From contig NC_068986.1 of the NCBI RefSeq assembly GCF_001194135.2, positions 102,638,955 through 102,689,008 of the forward strand: a stretch of 50,054 nt of DNA, written 5' to 3'. The notes beneath the pieces were generated by a model. The model was not told the DNA's origin. It was given only the letters and a program-made list of their open reading frames with translations, and did no database searches. The DNA comes from Octopus bimaculoides. Lineage: Eukaryota. This document shows positions 27,410 through 40,582 of the stretch, one piece after another (positions within the stretch are counted from its first letter, which is position 1; every line of letters begins with the position of its first letter). A program made the position numbers and the translations under genes.

Positions 27410-27780
27410 TTACGTTCTGATTTCAAATTCGACGATGCTGACTTTGCCTTTCATCCTTTCTGGGTCGATAAATTAAGTACCAGTTACGCATTGGGGTCGA
27501 TGTAATCGACTTAATCCCTATGTCTGTCCTTGTTTGTCCCCTCTATGTTTAGCCCCTTCTGGGCAATAAAGAAATAAGAAACGTTAGCACGCCGGGTGAA
27601 ATGCTTAGCGGTATTTCGTCTGTCTTTACGTTCTGATTTAAAATTCCACCAAGGTCGACTTTGCCTTTCATCAATTCGGAATCGATAAATCAAGTACCAG
27701 TTGCATACTGTGGTCGATATAATCGATTTTTCCCCTCCCCGAAAATGTCGGTCCTTGCATCTCGAGTAACAAAGAATATT
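27410..27780 (+). mobile_element. Two tandem SINE family B copies
   Basis: The gactttgcctttcatc..aagtaccagtt..gtcgat block occurs twice. Confidence 0.75.
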
Positions 27781-28003
27781 GCTACCATTCTTTCCATATC
27801 TTATTCTGAAATGGCTTTCTAATGAACTACGTGATATTCAGCGAGTAAAACTGCCAGTTGTCGCCAAGGTTGCTTTCATACGACCAAATTAATTTAATAC
27901 GGTACTACATAATACTGACTAATCGTTCCTTCTTTTCTTAGTTCTACTGTAAACGCACATATAGAAACTTATGTGCATGCCTAAATGCATGTATAAACAG
28001 ATA

Positions 28004-28034
<31 letters not shown>

Positions 28035-28515
28035 ACACATACACATATATACATAAGCATGGTTATATGTTGCAATGTTGCAACAGCAGACCAATACAGC
28101 AGATCAGCGTATATGTCCGCCTATGCGCTGTTTATTTTCTTCATATAACTATGTACATAAGTGTATTTGTGTGAGTTTATTTGTGCTCGTATACGGGTAA
28201 TTCTTATAAACATCAATATGTGCCTCGTATAACGCATAGAAAACTCTGTATGCGTTATGTCAGAAAACTTCTGTACGTCAGAGGTCTTTAATTAGGTATC
28301 CTGTTCAGTTCCGATAATCTAGTGTATAGGCAATGTCTTGAAATTATTGATGCAGAAAGACACGGGAACTAAAGCGTAAATGAATCAACATTTGGCAGAT
28401 TGTTAACACGGCGTCATTCTGGGAGAAGACAAAAAAATAATAAAATTCAAGATATTTTTATATCCAATTTACAACGAATGTTAAGAATGTGAGATTAATA
28501 TAATTTTATTATTAC

Positions 28516-28518
<3 letters not shown>

Positions 28519-28587
<69 letters not shown>

Positions 28588-28620
28588 CATCATCATCATC
28601 ATCATCGGCATCATCATTAT
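28519..28620. repeat. (ATT)n-(CAT)n microsatellite
   Basis: Direct read. Confidence 0.95.
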
Positions 28621-28730
28621 TATATATGAGGGAGAGAGCAGCATACCGCATAAAAGTGACTCTGAAGTACAAGTATACGAGGCCCGTAACACCCATCATG
28701 GTAAACCGTCTGATAAGAGCACGTCAGGCA

Positions 28731-28773
<43 letters not shown>

Positions 28774-29438
28774 ATGTAGTATGTATATATTTATGTATAT
28801 GTGTATATATATATATATNNNNNNNNNNNNNNNNNNNNNNNNNNNNNNNNNNNNNNNNNNNNNNNNNNNNNNNNNNNNNNNNNNNNNNNNNNNNNNNNNN
28901 NNNNNNNNNNNNNNNNNNNNNNNNNNNNNNNNNNNNNNNNNNNNNNNNNNNNNNNNNNNNNNNNNNNNNNNNNNNNNNNNNNNNNNNNNNNNNNNNNNNN
29001 NNNNNNNNNNNNNNNNNNNNNNNNNNNNNNNNNNNNNNNNNNNNNNNNNNNNNNNNNNNNNNNNNNNNNNNNNNNNNNNNNNNNNNNNNNNNNNNNNNNN
29101 NNNNNNNNNNNNNNNNNNNNNNNNNNNNNNNNNNNNNNNNNNNNNNNNNNNNNNNNNNNNNNNNNNNNNNNNNNNNNNNNNNNNNNNNNNNNNNNNNNNN
29201 NNNNNNATATATATATATATATATATATAAATTTATAATTAATTAATATACCCGGCCTTGATTAATTGTAGATAAAATAAGTACCAAACGATAAAATAAG
29301 TACCACACGTAAAATAAGTACCAAACGTAACAAAATAAGAGTATTGGGGTTGATTCATTCGGAAAACGAAGCCTTGTAGACTCTGCCCCAACATGGCCGC
29401 AGTCCAATGAATGTGACAGTTAAAAGTAATTTGAAATA

Positions 29439-29780
29439 GGTGTGGCTGTGTGCTAAGATTGCTTTCTCACCACATGGTTCCGGGTTCAGTCCTACTGCAT
29501 GGCATTTTCGGCAAGTGTCCTCTGCCATAGCTTCAGTACAACCAAAGACTTGTAAGTGAATATGGTAGACAGAAACTGAAAGAAGCCGGTTGTAAATATG
29601 TATGTGTGCGTGTGTGTGTCTTTGTGTTTGTTTCCCACCACCATCACTTGACGACCGATAGAATAAGTACTAGGTTTACAAAGAATAAGTCCTGGGGTCG
29701 ATTTGTTCGAACAAATGTGGTGCTCCATCATGGCTGCACTCAATTGACAGAAACAAGTGAAGAAATAAAAGAATAAAAGA
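29439..29780 (+). mobile_element. SINE family A copy with internal deletion
   Basis: Head ggtgtggctgtgtg..ccacatggttccgggttcagtcc, plus the same 3' region as 36478. Confidence 0.8.
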
Positions 29781-30576
29781 ATAGATAATGAGTGAAAGAA
29801 AGTGAGACCACAAAAAGACGAGCACTTAAAACACATTTATTCATACTCATATATATTGTATTTATGTATATCGATGAAAATTTTAGTATATTAACCAAGG
29901 AAATATTACTCAATACCTCTAAACATGGTGTTCACATATGCATGTTTCCCAATACCCAATCAACTTTATTATAAATAGACTCGAGTTGAGTTTAGATTTC
30001 TCATTCCGAAATAAATGTTCGGTCATATCATGACCCACATATCCTAATTAAGTAGTACACCCAATATATGGCTCTCAGCACCAAGCAATAATCGATAGAT
30101 ATCTCATGATTAAATTCAAGCGTTCTCATGTTGAATAACAAGATAGAAAATGAAATGCGTACGCTCAATGCGTGAAAATCACCAATCTCTAGAACGAAAT
30201 TAGTGATCGTCGTATTTAATGGAATGCCGTATCTATTACTTTACGGAGTTACCTCCCCATTTATCTCTTCATTGCAATGGAAACTAATATAATCTACTCT
30301 AATGAAAGCATTACGAACACGAAATCCAGATAGAGGTATGATATATAGTTTAATACAATGCGCAGTTTTAATGTTTAAAGAGAAATGGAAAATATATTCT
30401 ACCTTACAGGGCTATACCTATCTAGCTTTTCCTGGAGCACCATGCTCATTTGTATGTGTGTGTAAGTGTGCGTGCTTGTGTCAATGCGTGTGAGTGTGTG
30501 AAAAACTATATATATATATATATATATATAAATTTAGATTTAGATTCAAAATTGAATGTGGTACTTATGTTTAGGC

Positions 30577-30900
30577 ACCAGAATATAGTATTGTATTATC
30601 CAAAACCATTCCAAAAGCAAGGTGATCAAAAAATCAAAAGAAGCAACACGGATTTTAAAGATGACTGCAGTACGCACGTTTCATGCTACTCCATTTATTT
30701 AAGTAATGCGAGCATTACATTAAATGCAATATGTAGAGCTCTACATATTGCATTTAATGTAATGCTTGCGTTACTTAAATAAATGGAGTAGCATGAAACG
30801 TGCGTACTGCAGTCATCTTTAAAATCCGTGTTGCTTCTTTTGATTTTTTGATCACCTTGCTTTTGGAATGGTTTTGGATAATACCATACTATATTCTGGT
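30577..30900. repeat. Spacerless 324-bp palindrome (162-bp arms, centre between 30738 and 30739)
   Basis: Arm-to-arm reverse complement with about 3 mismatches around tagagctcta. The ORF track shows the same peptide on both strands. Confidence 0.95.
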
Positions 30901-31670
30901 ATATTTTCATTACTACCTCCCACTTTGAGGGGTATACAATTGCAATGCAGGAACAAGAAATATCAACTAATTACCTGATGCACAAAAGGGATATAGATGC
31001 AGGTAAAGCCGTAAAGTGGGACAACCGATGCAGACTTTGTGGAGTTCACACTGACGATATCACCCACATCATAAGCAATTGTCCGAAAATGTCATCACGG
31101 TATTATCTACCGTTGCGACATGACGTTGTAGGTAGGACACTCTAAAATTATATCCCTCGAAAGGAAATCCCGAGGAAAACGAAATAATACGATAGAAGCC
31201 ATAGCCACTCATAACAGAAAGGAATACTGGTGGAATGTCTCAGTGAAGACGTTAATAAAATGTAAGCACCACAGACCTGATAAAATGATTTTGAATAGAG
31301 AAGAGAAACTGGTCTCAGTTGTGGAAATTAGCTGCCCAGCGGAAGTTAAAATAAAGCTGAAGATGAGTGAAAAAGAGAATACTTATGCTGAACCATTGAC
31401 AAGTTTGCAGTTACTCTATCCAGATCACATGTTCAGATTTATAACTGTAATTATTTAGGTCTTGGGATATGTAACACACTACCTAAATACCAATCTTGAG
31501 AAATTTGCTTCTGAAAACCAGAAAGGTGGAAGCTAATTCGAAGACTACAGATCCAATCAATCACTGGAACTGTAAAACTCCGTAAAATTTCCTGAAATTT
31601 ATCATTTTAACATATATGAGCATGTCTAGACATGCACCTATATGCATAAGAATACATCCATAAGACATAC
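30901..31670 (+). mobile_element. R4/Dong-like RLE non-LTR retrotransposon 3' fragment (CCHC knuckle and restriction-like endonuclease), decayed
   Basis: TSHFEGYTIAMQEQEI..CRLCGVHTDDITHIISNC..RH, then EYWWN..HHRPD..VVEISCP..KEN.Y, with stops and frameshifts. Confidence 0.75.
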
Positions 31671-33186
31671 AAATATGCACATACATACAAACATACATAC
31701 ATACATACATACATACATACATACATACATACATACATACATACATACATACATGCATAATACATACATACGTGCAAAGAAACAAACGTACCCTGGTCTT
31801 CATGTTGGAATTCCAATGAAGGAGCCTTGGATCTAGGTTAGAAACTAGTTCTTTCTCTATTGTNNNNNNNNNNNNNNNNNNNNNNNNNNNNNNTATGCAC
31901 ATACATACAAACATACATACATACATACATACATACATACATACATACATACATACATACATACATACATACATGCATAATACATACATACGTGCAAAGA
32001 AACAAACGTACCCTGGTCTTCATGTTGGAATTCCAATGAAGGAGCCTTGGATCTAGGTTAGAAACTAGTTCTTTCTCTATTGTCAAGAAATATTGAGATA
32101 AACTCAATAATGACATACATACATGCATACATACATACATACTTACATACAATATATATCTTGCACAGACAAAGGTACATCAAAGAAGCCTCAGGTCTAT
32201 CTTTAACTTTCATCATTCGAATATTTCATATCTCCTAAAGGTCAGTGCATAAGATTTACTACTCAACAAATCGTTGTTCTCCTATAAGATATAACGTCGA
32301 CATCTTGAAACAGGTATTTCCTTTATGAAATAATCTTCCTGTGGTATTAACGTAGAAAATCAATATCGCAATATGTAATCGATATTATTTACATATGCAT
32401 CGGTTCATGCCTAACCAGCCCTGTATCGATATTTGATCCTTTTCTTTAAAAGGCGTCACGGTATGTATACCAATCCGTCCATAAATTGATGTTTATTTTC
32501 GGTTGTATAAAGCATCGGTTGTTCGTGAAATTTACAGTTACACGCACAAAACGTCATGTAGTAAATGATATACACTCTGCTTCATGCCGAGAGTTCGAAT
32601 CATAGAGACGTGTAGAGAAAGATGTGAGAAATGAGTCTCGTCGTTGCACCAAGATTTTTATCTTGCGTACTGGAAGTATGGACACCAGTTGTATGTTATA
32701 TGTTTTATGTCGTGCGTTAAGTGTCTTCACGGCAAATTATTCATCGCTTTGAGGAATAGTACTGGAAATTCGCTTAACTGCGAGCGCGGTGTCTCTAGTT
32801 CTATATTTCCAGCTCAAATCAAGTGCAGACTGCACAAAACGGACATAATTGAGAGAATATATGTATCAATTTGGAAATCTGTTTTACCTGCTTACTGTTG
32901 TGTACAATATTTTGGCGTTTATTCTCGTCCTTTTGATTCATTTTTGAAATTGACTGCGAATCTCATGGGAACCATTTGAATTCTTTGAAATGATTTTATG
33001 TTACATGACTTTGCATCTCTTCGGTATGAGTATCTTTTCGAGATATATATGTCACTCAATAGGAAATTAGCGTTGATGTTGAATAAGGAACATGCAAAAT
33101 ATTCTTTCATTAGCTTAATATATATATAAAGAGAGAAAAGGATAAAGAGAACAATGGCAAAGTTAGCAGTATATTTTATGGATAAA

Positions 33187-33235
33187 GTCTTACAACTGTT
33201 TCAGGGAAAATCCAATGTATCCCTTCATCGGAGAC
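33187..33235 (-). ncRNA. Type I minimal hammerhead ribozyme motif (left arm)
   Basis: Reverse complement identical to the motif at 33459-33507. Confidence 0.65.
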
Positions 33236-33458
33236 AGAAATAGTAGAGGAATGGATTATTACATCTATAAGAGGAGAGTTGTAATAGGAAGTGAGAGTGA
33301 TGCGCTGAAGAAAGAAAGAAGAAACAGTACTTGGGGTACTACTGGAATGAAGCTACACTCCAAGTACTGTTTCTTCTTTCTTTCTTCAGCGCATCACTCT
33401 CACTTCCTACTACAACTCACCTCTTATAGATGTAATAATCCATCCCTCTACTATTTCT

Positions 33459-33507
33459 GTCTCCGATGAAGGGATACATTGGATTTTCCCTGAAACAGTT
33501 GTAAGAC
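33459..33507 (+). ncRNA. Type I minimal hammerhead ribozyme motif (right arm)
   Basis: GUCU-CCGAUGA-AGGGA(12 nt)UCCCU-GAA-ACAGUUGU-A/AGAC. Helix I has 4 bp and helix II 5 bp, with a GUA site after 33503. The core has U4->C. Confidence 0.65.
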
Positions 33508-35087
33508 TTTATCCATAAATATACTGCTAATTTTGGCATTGTTCTCTTTATCCTTTTCTCTCTTTATACATACACACGCTAATACACGACCTATGTTATA
33601 ATCCCCACTCTTGTTTATACAACGAATGGGGCATAACTAGCCGGTATTCAGCACTTACTCGGTATTACTTGTATCTTTGGGTTTGGTTGAATCCAATACC
33701 CTTCTTAAATCTTATATATATATATATATATTTACTCTTCGTCGCTCATCCGATGTAGAAGAGAACCAGGTGTAACGATCTTCTTTTATCAATTGATGGA
33801 AAGTGTGTGCGGTCTCGTGTGTATCGATGTATCTATAGGCAGACCACAGCGAGATGCAGCCAATGGTCCTAATTGTGTCGTTTTGAATTCGCATATAGGG
33901 TAATATATCAAACGTAACATGTCACGCTATGTCGATTCCTTCAAAGAGAGGGAGAAAAACATTTGCAAATAAAATGAAAGATAGTTTAATGATATGTAAG
34001 GAAATGTCGCTATATTATATTTAACAATGGCATGTAATAAATCTTTCCACTGTTTTGTCAATTTCACCTAGATCCTTTGCTCGGCAAGAGAAATTACGAG
34101 TAGGAATTTTATTGAAAAAGTTAAATATTTTGTGTGAGAATCAGGTAATTTTTCGTTTGTAAATCTCTTTGAAATATTTTTTTCTGATTGCTACCATAGG
34201 TATCATCAACACCTTTGAAAAAAGGTAAAATGAATTTAAGTAACACACATTGTCACCGGCAGGGTTGGAAAACAGAATGAATGAATATGGAACGGCATAC
34301 CACAAAATCTAGATTTCGAATCGCTCTATCTATTTAGTTATTTGTCTTGTTTTATTATGGCAGCAGTTTAAAGATAAATTTACCTTCTGTAAAAGCTATA
34401 TAGTTTCCATTTCGTTGTTATTTATTCATTGTTTCTTGCACGTTTTCCCGAGTCATCTTTGTATATAATCCCTATAGAAATCACAATATACTTGAAAATG
34501 ACCTCCATTCTCTAAATTGTAACCAATCCGTAAAAGTGTAGGATAATAGTGAATGAGAAAATCTTTAATTCGCCAAACTATACCGCCATTTATATATTGC
34601 CTCTATGAAAAATATTTATTTTGCATTGTTTTCTTTCGAAACAATAGATGCACCAAACATCATCATATAGAATTGTTAAGAAACAATTATTTCAAAATGA
34701 AATTAATTCATATTTTCCTTCAAGCACTTTCGTACTGTCATTGTATAATTGATGGGACGATTTATTGTGTTTATTATTCACTTATGTCATATTCAAGGGA
34801 AATGAATAATTTATATTTACGCTTTCAAGCGTTGCTCTTGTCGAAAAGAGGAACTGACCATTGTGTCTGTTATTTTTCTCCGCCAAGACATAACTATCAT
34901 CAAATTCATGCCAGCTGTGACCATTCCGTCTTTTTTTGTACTGATATATTGTATTTGAACAATTTGAATGTGTCTGTCGTTCAATTCAATCAATATAGAG
35001 AGTTTCAGAAAAAGATATCTGGGAAGCGTTTTGGCGAGCTTATACGGTGAAAGCATACAGTGAGAATATATATTTGATGGTCATACA

Positions 35088-35528
<441 letters not shown>

Positions 35529-35629
35529 AACTATGGCAGATTTTGCAGCACCAGCAGGAGAATATGCAAAAGACTGTCGGTGGTGGTGGCAGTGGTGTTG
35601 GTGGTAGTGGTAGTGGTTGTGGATGTAGT

Positions 35630-35643
35630 AGTAGTAGTAGTAC

Positions 35644-35691
<48 letters not shown>

Positions 35692-35730
35692 CAGCAGCAG
35701 TAGCAGTAGTAGTAATAGAATTAGTAGTAT

Positions 35731-35762
<32 letters not shown>

Positions 35763-35798
35763 CAGTAGCAGCAGTAGTAGCAGTAGTAGTAGTAGAAT

Positions 35799-35834
<36 letters not shown>

Positions 35835-35890
35835 CAGTAGTAGTAGTAGTAGTTGCAGCAGCAACAACAGCAGCAGTAGTAGTAGTAGTG
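35630..35890. repeat. (GTA)n/(GCA)n microsatellite
   Basis: Direct read; source of the poly-Ser/Val ORFs. Confidence 0.95.
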
Positions 35891-36477
35891 TTTTCAGTAG
35901 AACATAGTTGATGGAAAACATTTCAGAGGAGCGTTTGTTGTTTTATATGCAAAGACAACACTTTCCCACACAATATTTTTTTTTAACTGAAATTCTTTAA
36001 CCAGCTGAATTTATCTCAACAGTAAGTAAACAGACCCCTTCTATCTTTATTAGAAACGTATCAAAAATCACATATAAATTCCACTTGACACTACAGACAC
36101 ACACACACACAACACACACACAACACACACACGTATGTGTATGTGTTGTGTATCTATGTATGTATGGATGTATGACACTCTTTTTATCTACAAGATGTTA
36201 AAAAAAATATCAAAGGAATTTTTCAGGATACGATGTCGATCCGTCATTTTATTGCACTGACTCAGTTATGTCACAAATATTTTGGTATTTAAACTTAGAA
36301 AATATAGCTGCCAATTGTTTCACAATTTTACCATACCAACTCACTAACTTACGTGTAGAAGCTGTCATACTGCGAGTTTGACCCTAGACTTCTTCCCAAA
36401 CACCATTGGCCTTCTGTATTTCAAATGTTTTCTGTTTTATATATATATATTTATATATATATTTATATATATATTTA

Positions 36478-36888
36478 GGCGCAGGAGTGGCTGTGTGGTA
36501 AGTAGCGTGCTTACTAACCACATGGTACCAGGTTCAGTCCCACTGCGTGGCACCTTGGGCAAGTGTCTTCTACTATAGCCTCGAGCCCACCAAAGCCTTG
36601 TGAGTGGATTTGGTAGACGGAAACTGAAAGAAGCCCGTCGTATATATGTATATATATATGTATGTATGCGTGTTTGTGTGTGTGTTTGTGTGTCTGTGTT
36701 TGTCCCCCTAGCATTGCTTGACAACCGATGCTGGTGTGTTTATGTCCCCGTCATTCAGCGGTTCGGCAAAAGAGACCGATAGAATAAGTACTAGGCTTAC
36801 AAAGAATAAGTTCCGGGGTCAAATTGCTTGACTAAAGGCGGTGCTCCAGCATGGCCGCAGTCAAATGACTAAAACAAATAAAGAAAGA
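36478..36888 (+). mobile_element. SINE family A, near full length
   Basis: tRNA-like head (tggctgtgtgg A box; ggttcagtcc B box), internal TA/GT microsatellite, conserved 3' region ending catggccgcagtcaaatgact. Confidence 0.85.
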
Positions 36889-37594
36889 TATATATATATA
36901 TAATAGGTTTTGTGTCCTTAAACCTAGTTCTATACACAGCTAATATGAAACGAAATGCCACTGCATACGCCAGACTAGCTTGTTAAACAAAATGTTAATG
37001 AAATTATACTGTGCTCAATTGGCTTCCAACAATCACACACTTCTCAAAATATTGTCACATTACATTTCAAACAGAACACATTAAGCGCATATAAACCATT
37101 GATACTTTTTTTTTTAAGTTTTCGATAATTTTTTATTAAATTTAACGGCCCAATGTATTTGAAGATTTTATCTTCCCAGTAAAGCTTAATATATTTCATT
37201 TTACTGAATACGATTTACTGTTGTCATTAACCGTATTTGGTTAGGAAAGAAATGTTTGAATAAATATAATTTGGGAAATTGATCTTTCTATTGTTTGAAA
37301 CGGTTTTTAAAACTCGAAATGATAAAGTGTATATTCAATAAATTATCTAAAGAAAAATGACAAACAATAATTTAGAGAGGAATAGGAATGCAGAAAGAAA
37401 ATAGTGTATAGTAGTAGTTTTTAGAAGTTTACTACGTTTTTATGTATTTTTATTTCGGTTCAGTATGTTGCTGTATATAACTCCCTCCATATTATCATAA
37501 AGAGCAACTGTTTATATATCAACATTTTTGTATAACAATTTAATACAATACTTCTCAAATTCGAAGTAATTATTCAAATTTTGGCACAAAGCTA

Positions 37595-37995
37595 GCAATT
37601 TTGGTGGAAGAGGTAAGTTGATTGCATTGACGCCAGTAATTTCGACCTCGAAAGTATGAAATGCTGTGACATTTGAACTCGGAACGTAAAATCGTACAAA
37701 ATGCTGCTAATCATTTTGTCCGGCGCAATAACGATTCTAACAGCTGGCTGCCTTACCTGTTTTAATATTAGAAATATGATAAGGCGGCGAGCTGGAAGAA
37801 ACGTTAGCACGCCGGACGAAATGCTTTGTGGTATTTCGTCTGTCTTTACGTTCTGAGTTCAAATTCCGTCGACTTTGCCTTTCATCCTTTCGGGGTCGAT
37901 AAATCGAGTACCTCTTGCGACCTGGGGTTGATCTAATCAACTGACCCCCTTCCCTAAAACTTCGTGCTTTGTGCCTAGAGTAGAAAATAATATTA
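37595..37995. mobile_element. Head-to-head SINE family B pair (37595-37755 minus; 37783-37995 plus)
   Basis: The plus copy is well conserved. The minus copy is degenerate but keeps atttgaactcggaacgtaaa and ccggcg..aacgattct..cagct. Confidence 0.7.
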
Positions 37996-39399
37996 GAAGC
38001 ATGATGAATGGAGCCAAAGATTGCCTGCTTTGCCCTCGTTGACTTCAGGTAAACTATGGATCCTCATCGCGGTTAGATAATGTACCATATCAAAAGTTTA
38101 TTTTGATTGAACTATATTATTGTTATAGATGTGTGTGTGGGTGTGTGTATGTGTGGGTGTGTGTATGTGTGTGTGTGTGTGTGTGTACATGGTAGCTCAA
38201 AAGTCACTCAACAGTAAATCAAACATCCGTAAACACTATCGAAAAGAAAATGCGTCACTCAAGGACTTCAGTTTGAACGATTTTCATTATTGTTTGTATT
38301 TAGATGCTTTTACTGTCATGTGACTTTTGGCCAGTTCTGTATGTATATATATGTGTGGGGGTGAATTTATGTATATATGTATGTATGTATGTATGTATGT
38401 TTGTATATAAACATTTGCTACTGTGAAGGTCTAGACTGCATATTATGATGCCATATTTAATGACCGCATACCAAGTTCGTTAATTTCGTGATAAATATAA
38501 AGAATCATTGGAAATAGAAGCTGCGTTTTATGTGAATTTAGCTATAAATATATATACTTTTACGTTAGGCTATTGTGTAGGAAACAACGTGTGTGTCGTG
38601 GTTACATATATCTATGTAACTATGTGATTGTCTTTCATTTCGTCTGCGTTAGTAATGAATAGCACTTCTTTGATCATTTCTGGTATATTTCTACTTGTAG
38701 AGGCTTACCATTGCACCGATATCGTAAAACAGTTGATGTAACACTTTGGAGTAGATCTGTTTCTGTTTTGTAAGATTTACGAGGAATTCTAGGTTAGCGT
38801 ATCTGTATTAAAAGAGATAGGTATGTGGTCTGATAGGCGGGTGTTTTTTATGCATATATATATATATATATATATATNNNNNNNNNNNNNNNNNNNNNNN
38901 NNNNNNNNNNNNNNNNNNNNNNNNNNNNNNNNNNNNNNNNNNNNNNNNNNNNNNNNNNNNNNNNNNNNNNNNNNNNNNNNNNNNNNNNNNNNNNNNNNNN
39001 NNNNNNNNNNNNNNNNNNNNNNNNNNNNNNNNNNNNNNNNNNNNNNNNNNNNNNNNNNNNNNNNNNNNNNNNNNNNNNNNNNNNNNNNNNNNNNNNNNNN
39101 NNNNNNNNNNNNNNNNNNNNNNNNNNNNNNNNNNNNNNNNATATATGTATATATATGTACATATATGTGTGTGTGTGTATGTGTGTGTGTGTGCGTGTGT
39201 GTATTCTGTCGTGGTATATATTTCCTATCTATATACATATACACACACACACTCAAAGGCACACACCATACTAGACATACATATGTATGTAAGTATGTAT
39301 GTGTGTATCTGTGTGTATGTATAATAAATTCATTATATGTATATACACACATATAGATCGGANNNNNNNNNNNNNNNNNNNNNNNNNNNNNNNNNNNNN

Positions 39400-39464
<65 letters not shown>

Positions 39465-40355
39465 TGCGACTGTATACACTTATATAAATATATCCGCATA
39501 TATATTTGCATATGCGTGTATGTATATATGCATATGTGTGTGGTGCGTTTTTGTAAATGCGTGTATTTATGTATAGCGTAAACGCAAACAAACACTTAAA
39601 ACTAATGTGATGCTTAATATAACCATAAAATAATAGACGTCCAGCCATATTCAATAGTCAAAGTAATGCATTTATGGAACGTAATATTTCCATAAAGAAT
39701 AACAACAAAACCTTCAGATGTACTTCTTAGAAGATTCTTTCAGGATCTTAATCCTGTCACATTTACTGATAAGAATATTACACAACATATACTAATAGAA
39801 ACTTGTAATCTATTTGAAGCATGTTTTAGCTAAAAGATTTTGTATTTCCGTTTAGTCATACCAAGAATCGTTTTCAGCTTAAATGACTATGAGATAACAT
39901 AGCAAGAAGATATGTCATTTCATGTGTTAAACGTATTTATACGATATGATATAATCTATGCTGCAGAAAGCAAATCATAAACTTATAGTGATTCCGTATT
40001 CACGTGTATTTATCAATTGTTTAGGAAAATATACAGCATTACTGCGTTAAATGTAGCGCAGTGTAGTAGCTGGTGTTGGTATACTTGTGGCTTTTGAACA
40101 AATGAAGTTTAGCAAACATAAAATACTTCATGCCATTAAATACTGAGATATATGCCAATTTGTTTTGTTTTTCTTTCATATCTCTGACTGATTTATTTAT
40201 ATGTGTGTATGTATATCTGTGTATATATAAACGTATAAATATATGCAAAAATTATATATATACACACATATGTATATATATAGAGAGAGAAACAGAGAGA
40301 GAGAGGGAGATAATAAATATCTTGTATGTATATATATGTGTGTGTGTGTGTGTAT

Positions 40356-40402
<47 letters not shown>

Positions 40403-40543
40403 AGGTACATATTATATAAATGAATATATATATATATAAATATGTGTACATATATAAAGCATATGTACATATGTGTGGGTATGTAAGAATGTACATGTGT
40501 GTACGTATATCGACATATATCTATCTATCTATCTATCTCTCAA

Positions 40544-40582
<39 letters not shown>

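Larger units (their letters stand above)
33125..33568. mobile_element. Palindromic non-coding element: 213-bp inverted arms, ~19-nt spacer, one hammerhead per arm
   Basis: 33125-33337 is the reverse complement of 33357-33568, with about 6-7 differences. Flanked by (TA)n and TA/CA repeats. Confidence 0.85.

Noticed and set aside
29270-29340. CRISPR-like array
   Set aside because: No unique spacers, eukaryotic context and no cas genes.
32028-32075. ccaatga..gaaactagtt: HHR-like string with a palindromic segment
   Set aside because: Core is CCAAUGA and no helix I forms. The region folds more simply as a gaaggagcc/agttctttc hairpin.
31670-32083. Exact duplication of ~190 bp on both sides of a 30-N gap
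   Set aside because: Typical unmerged contig overlap at a (CATA)n repeat; most likely an assembly artefact.
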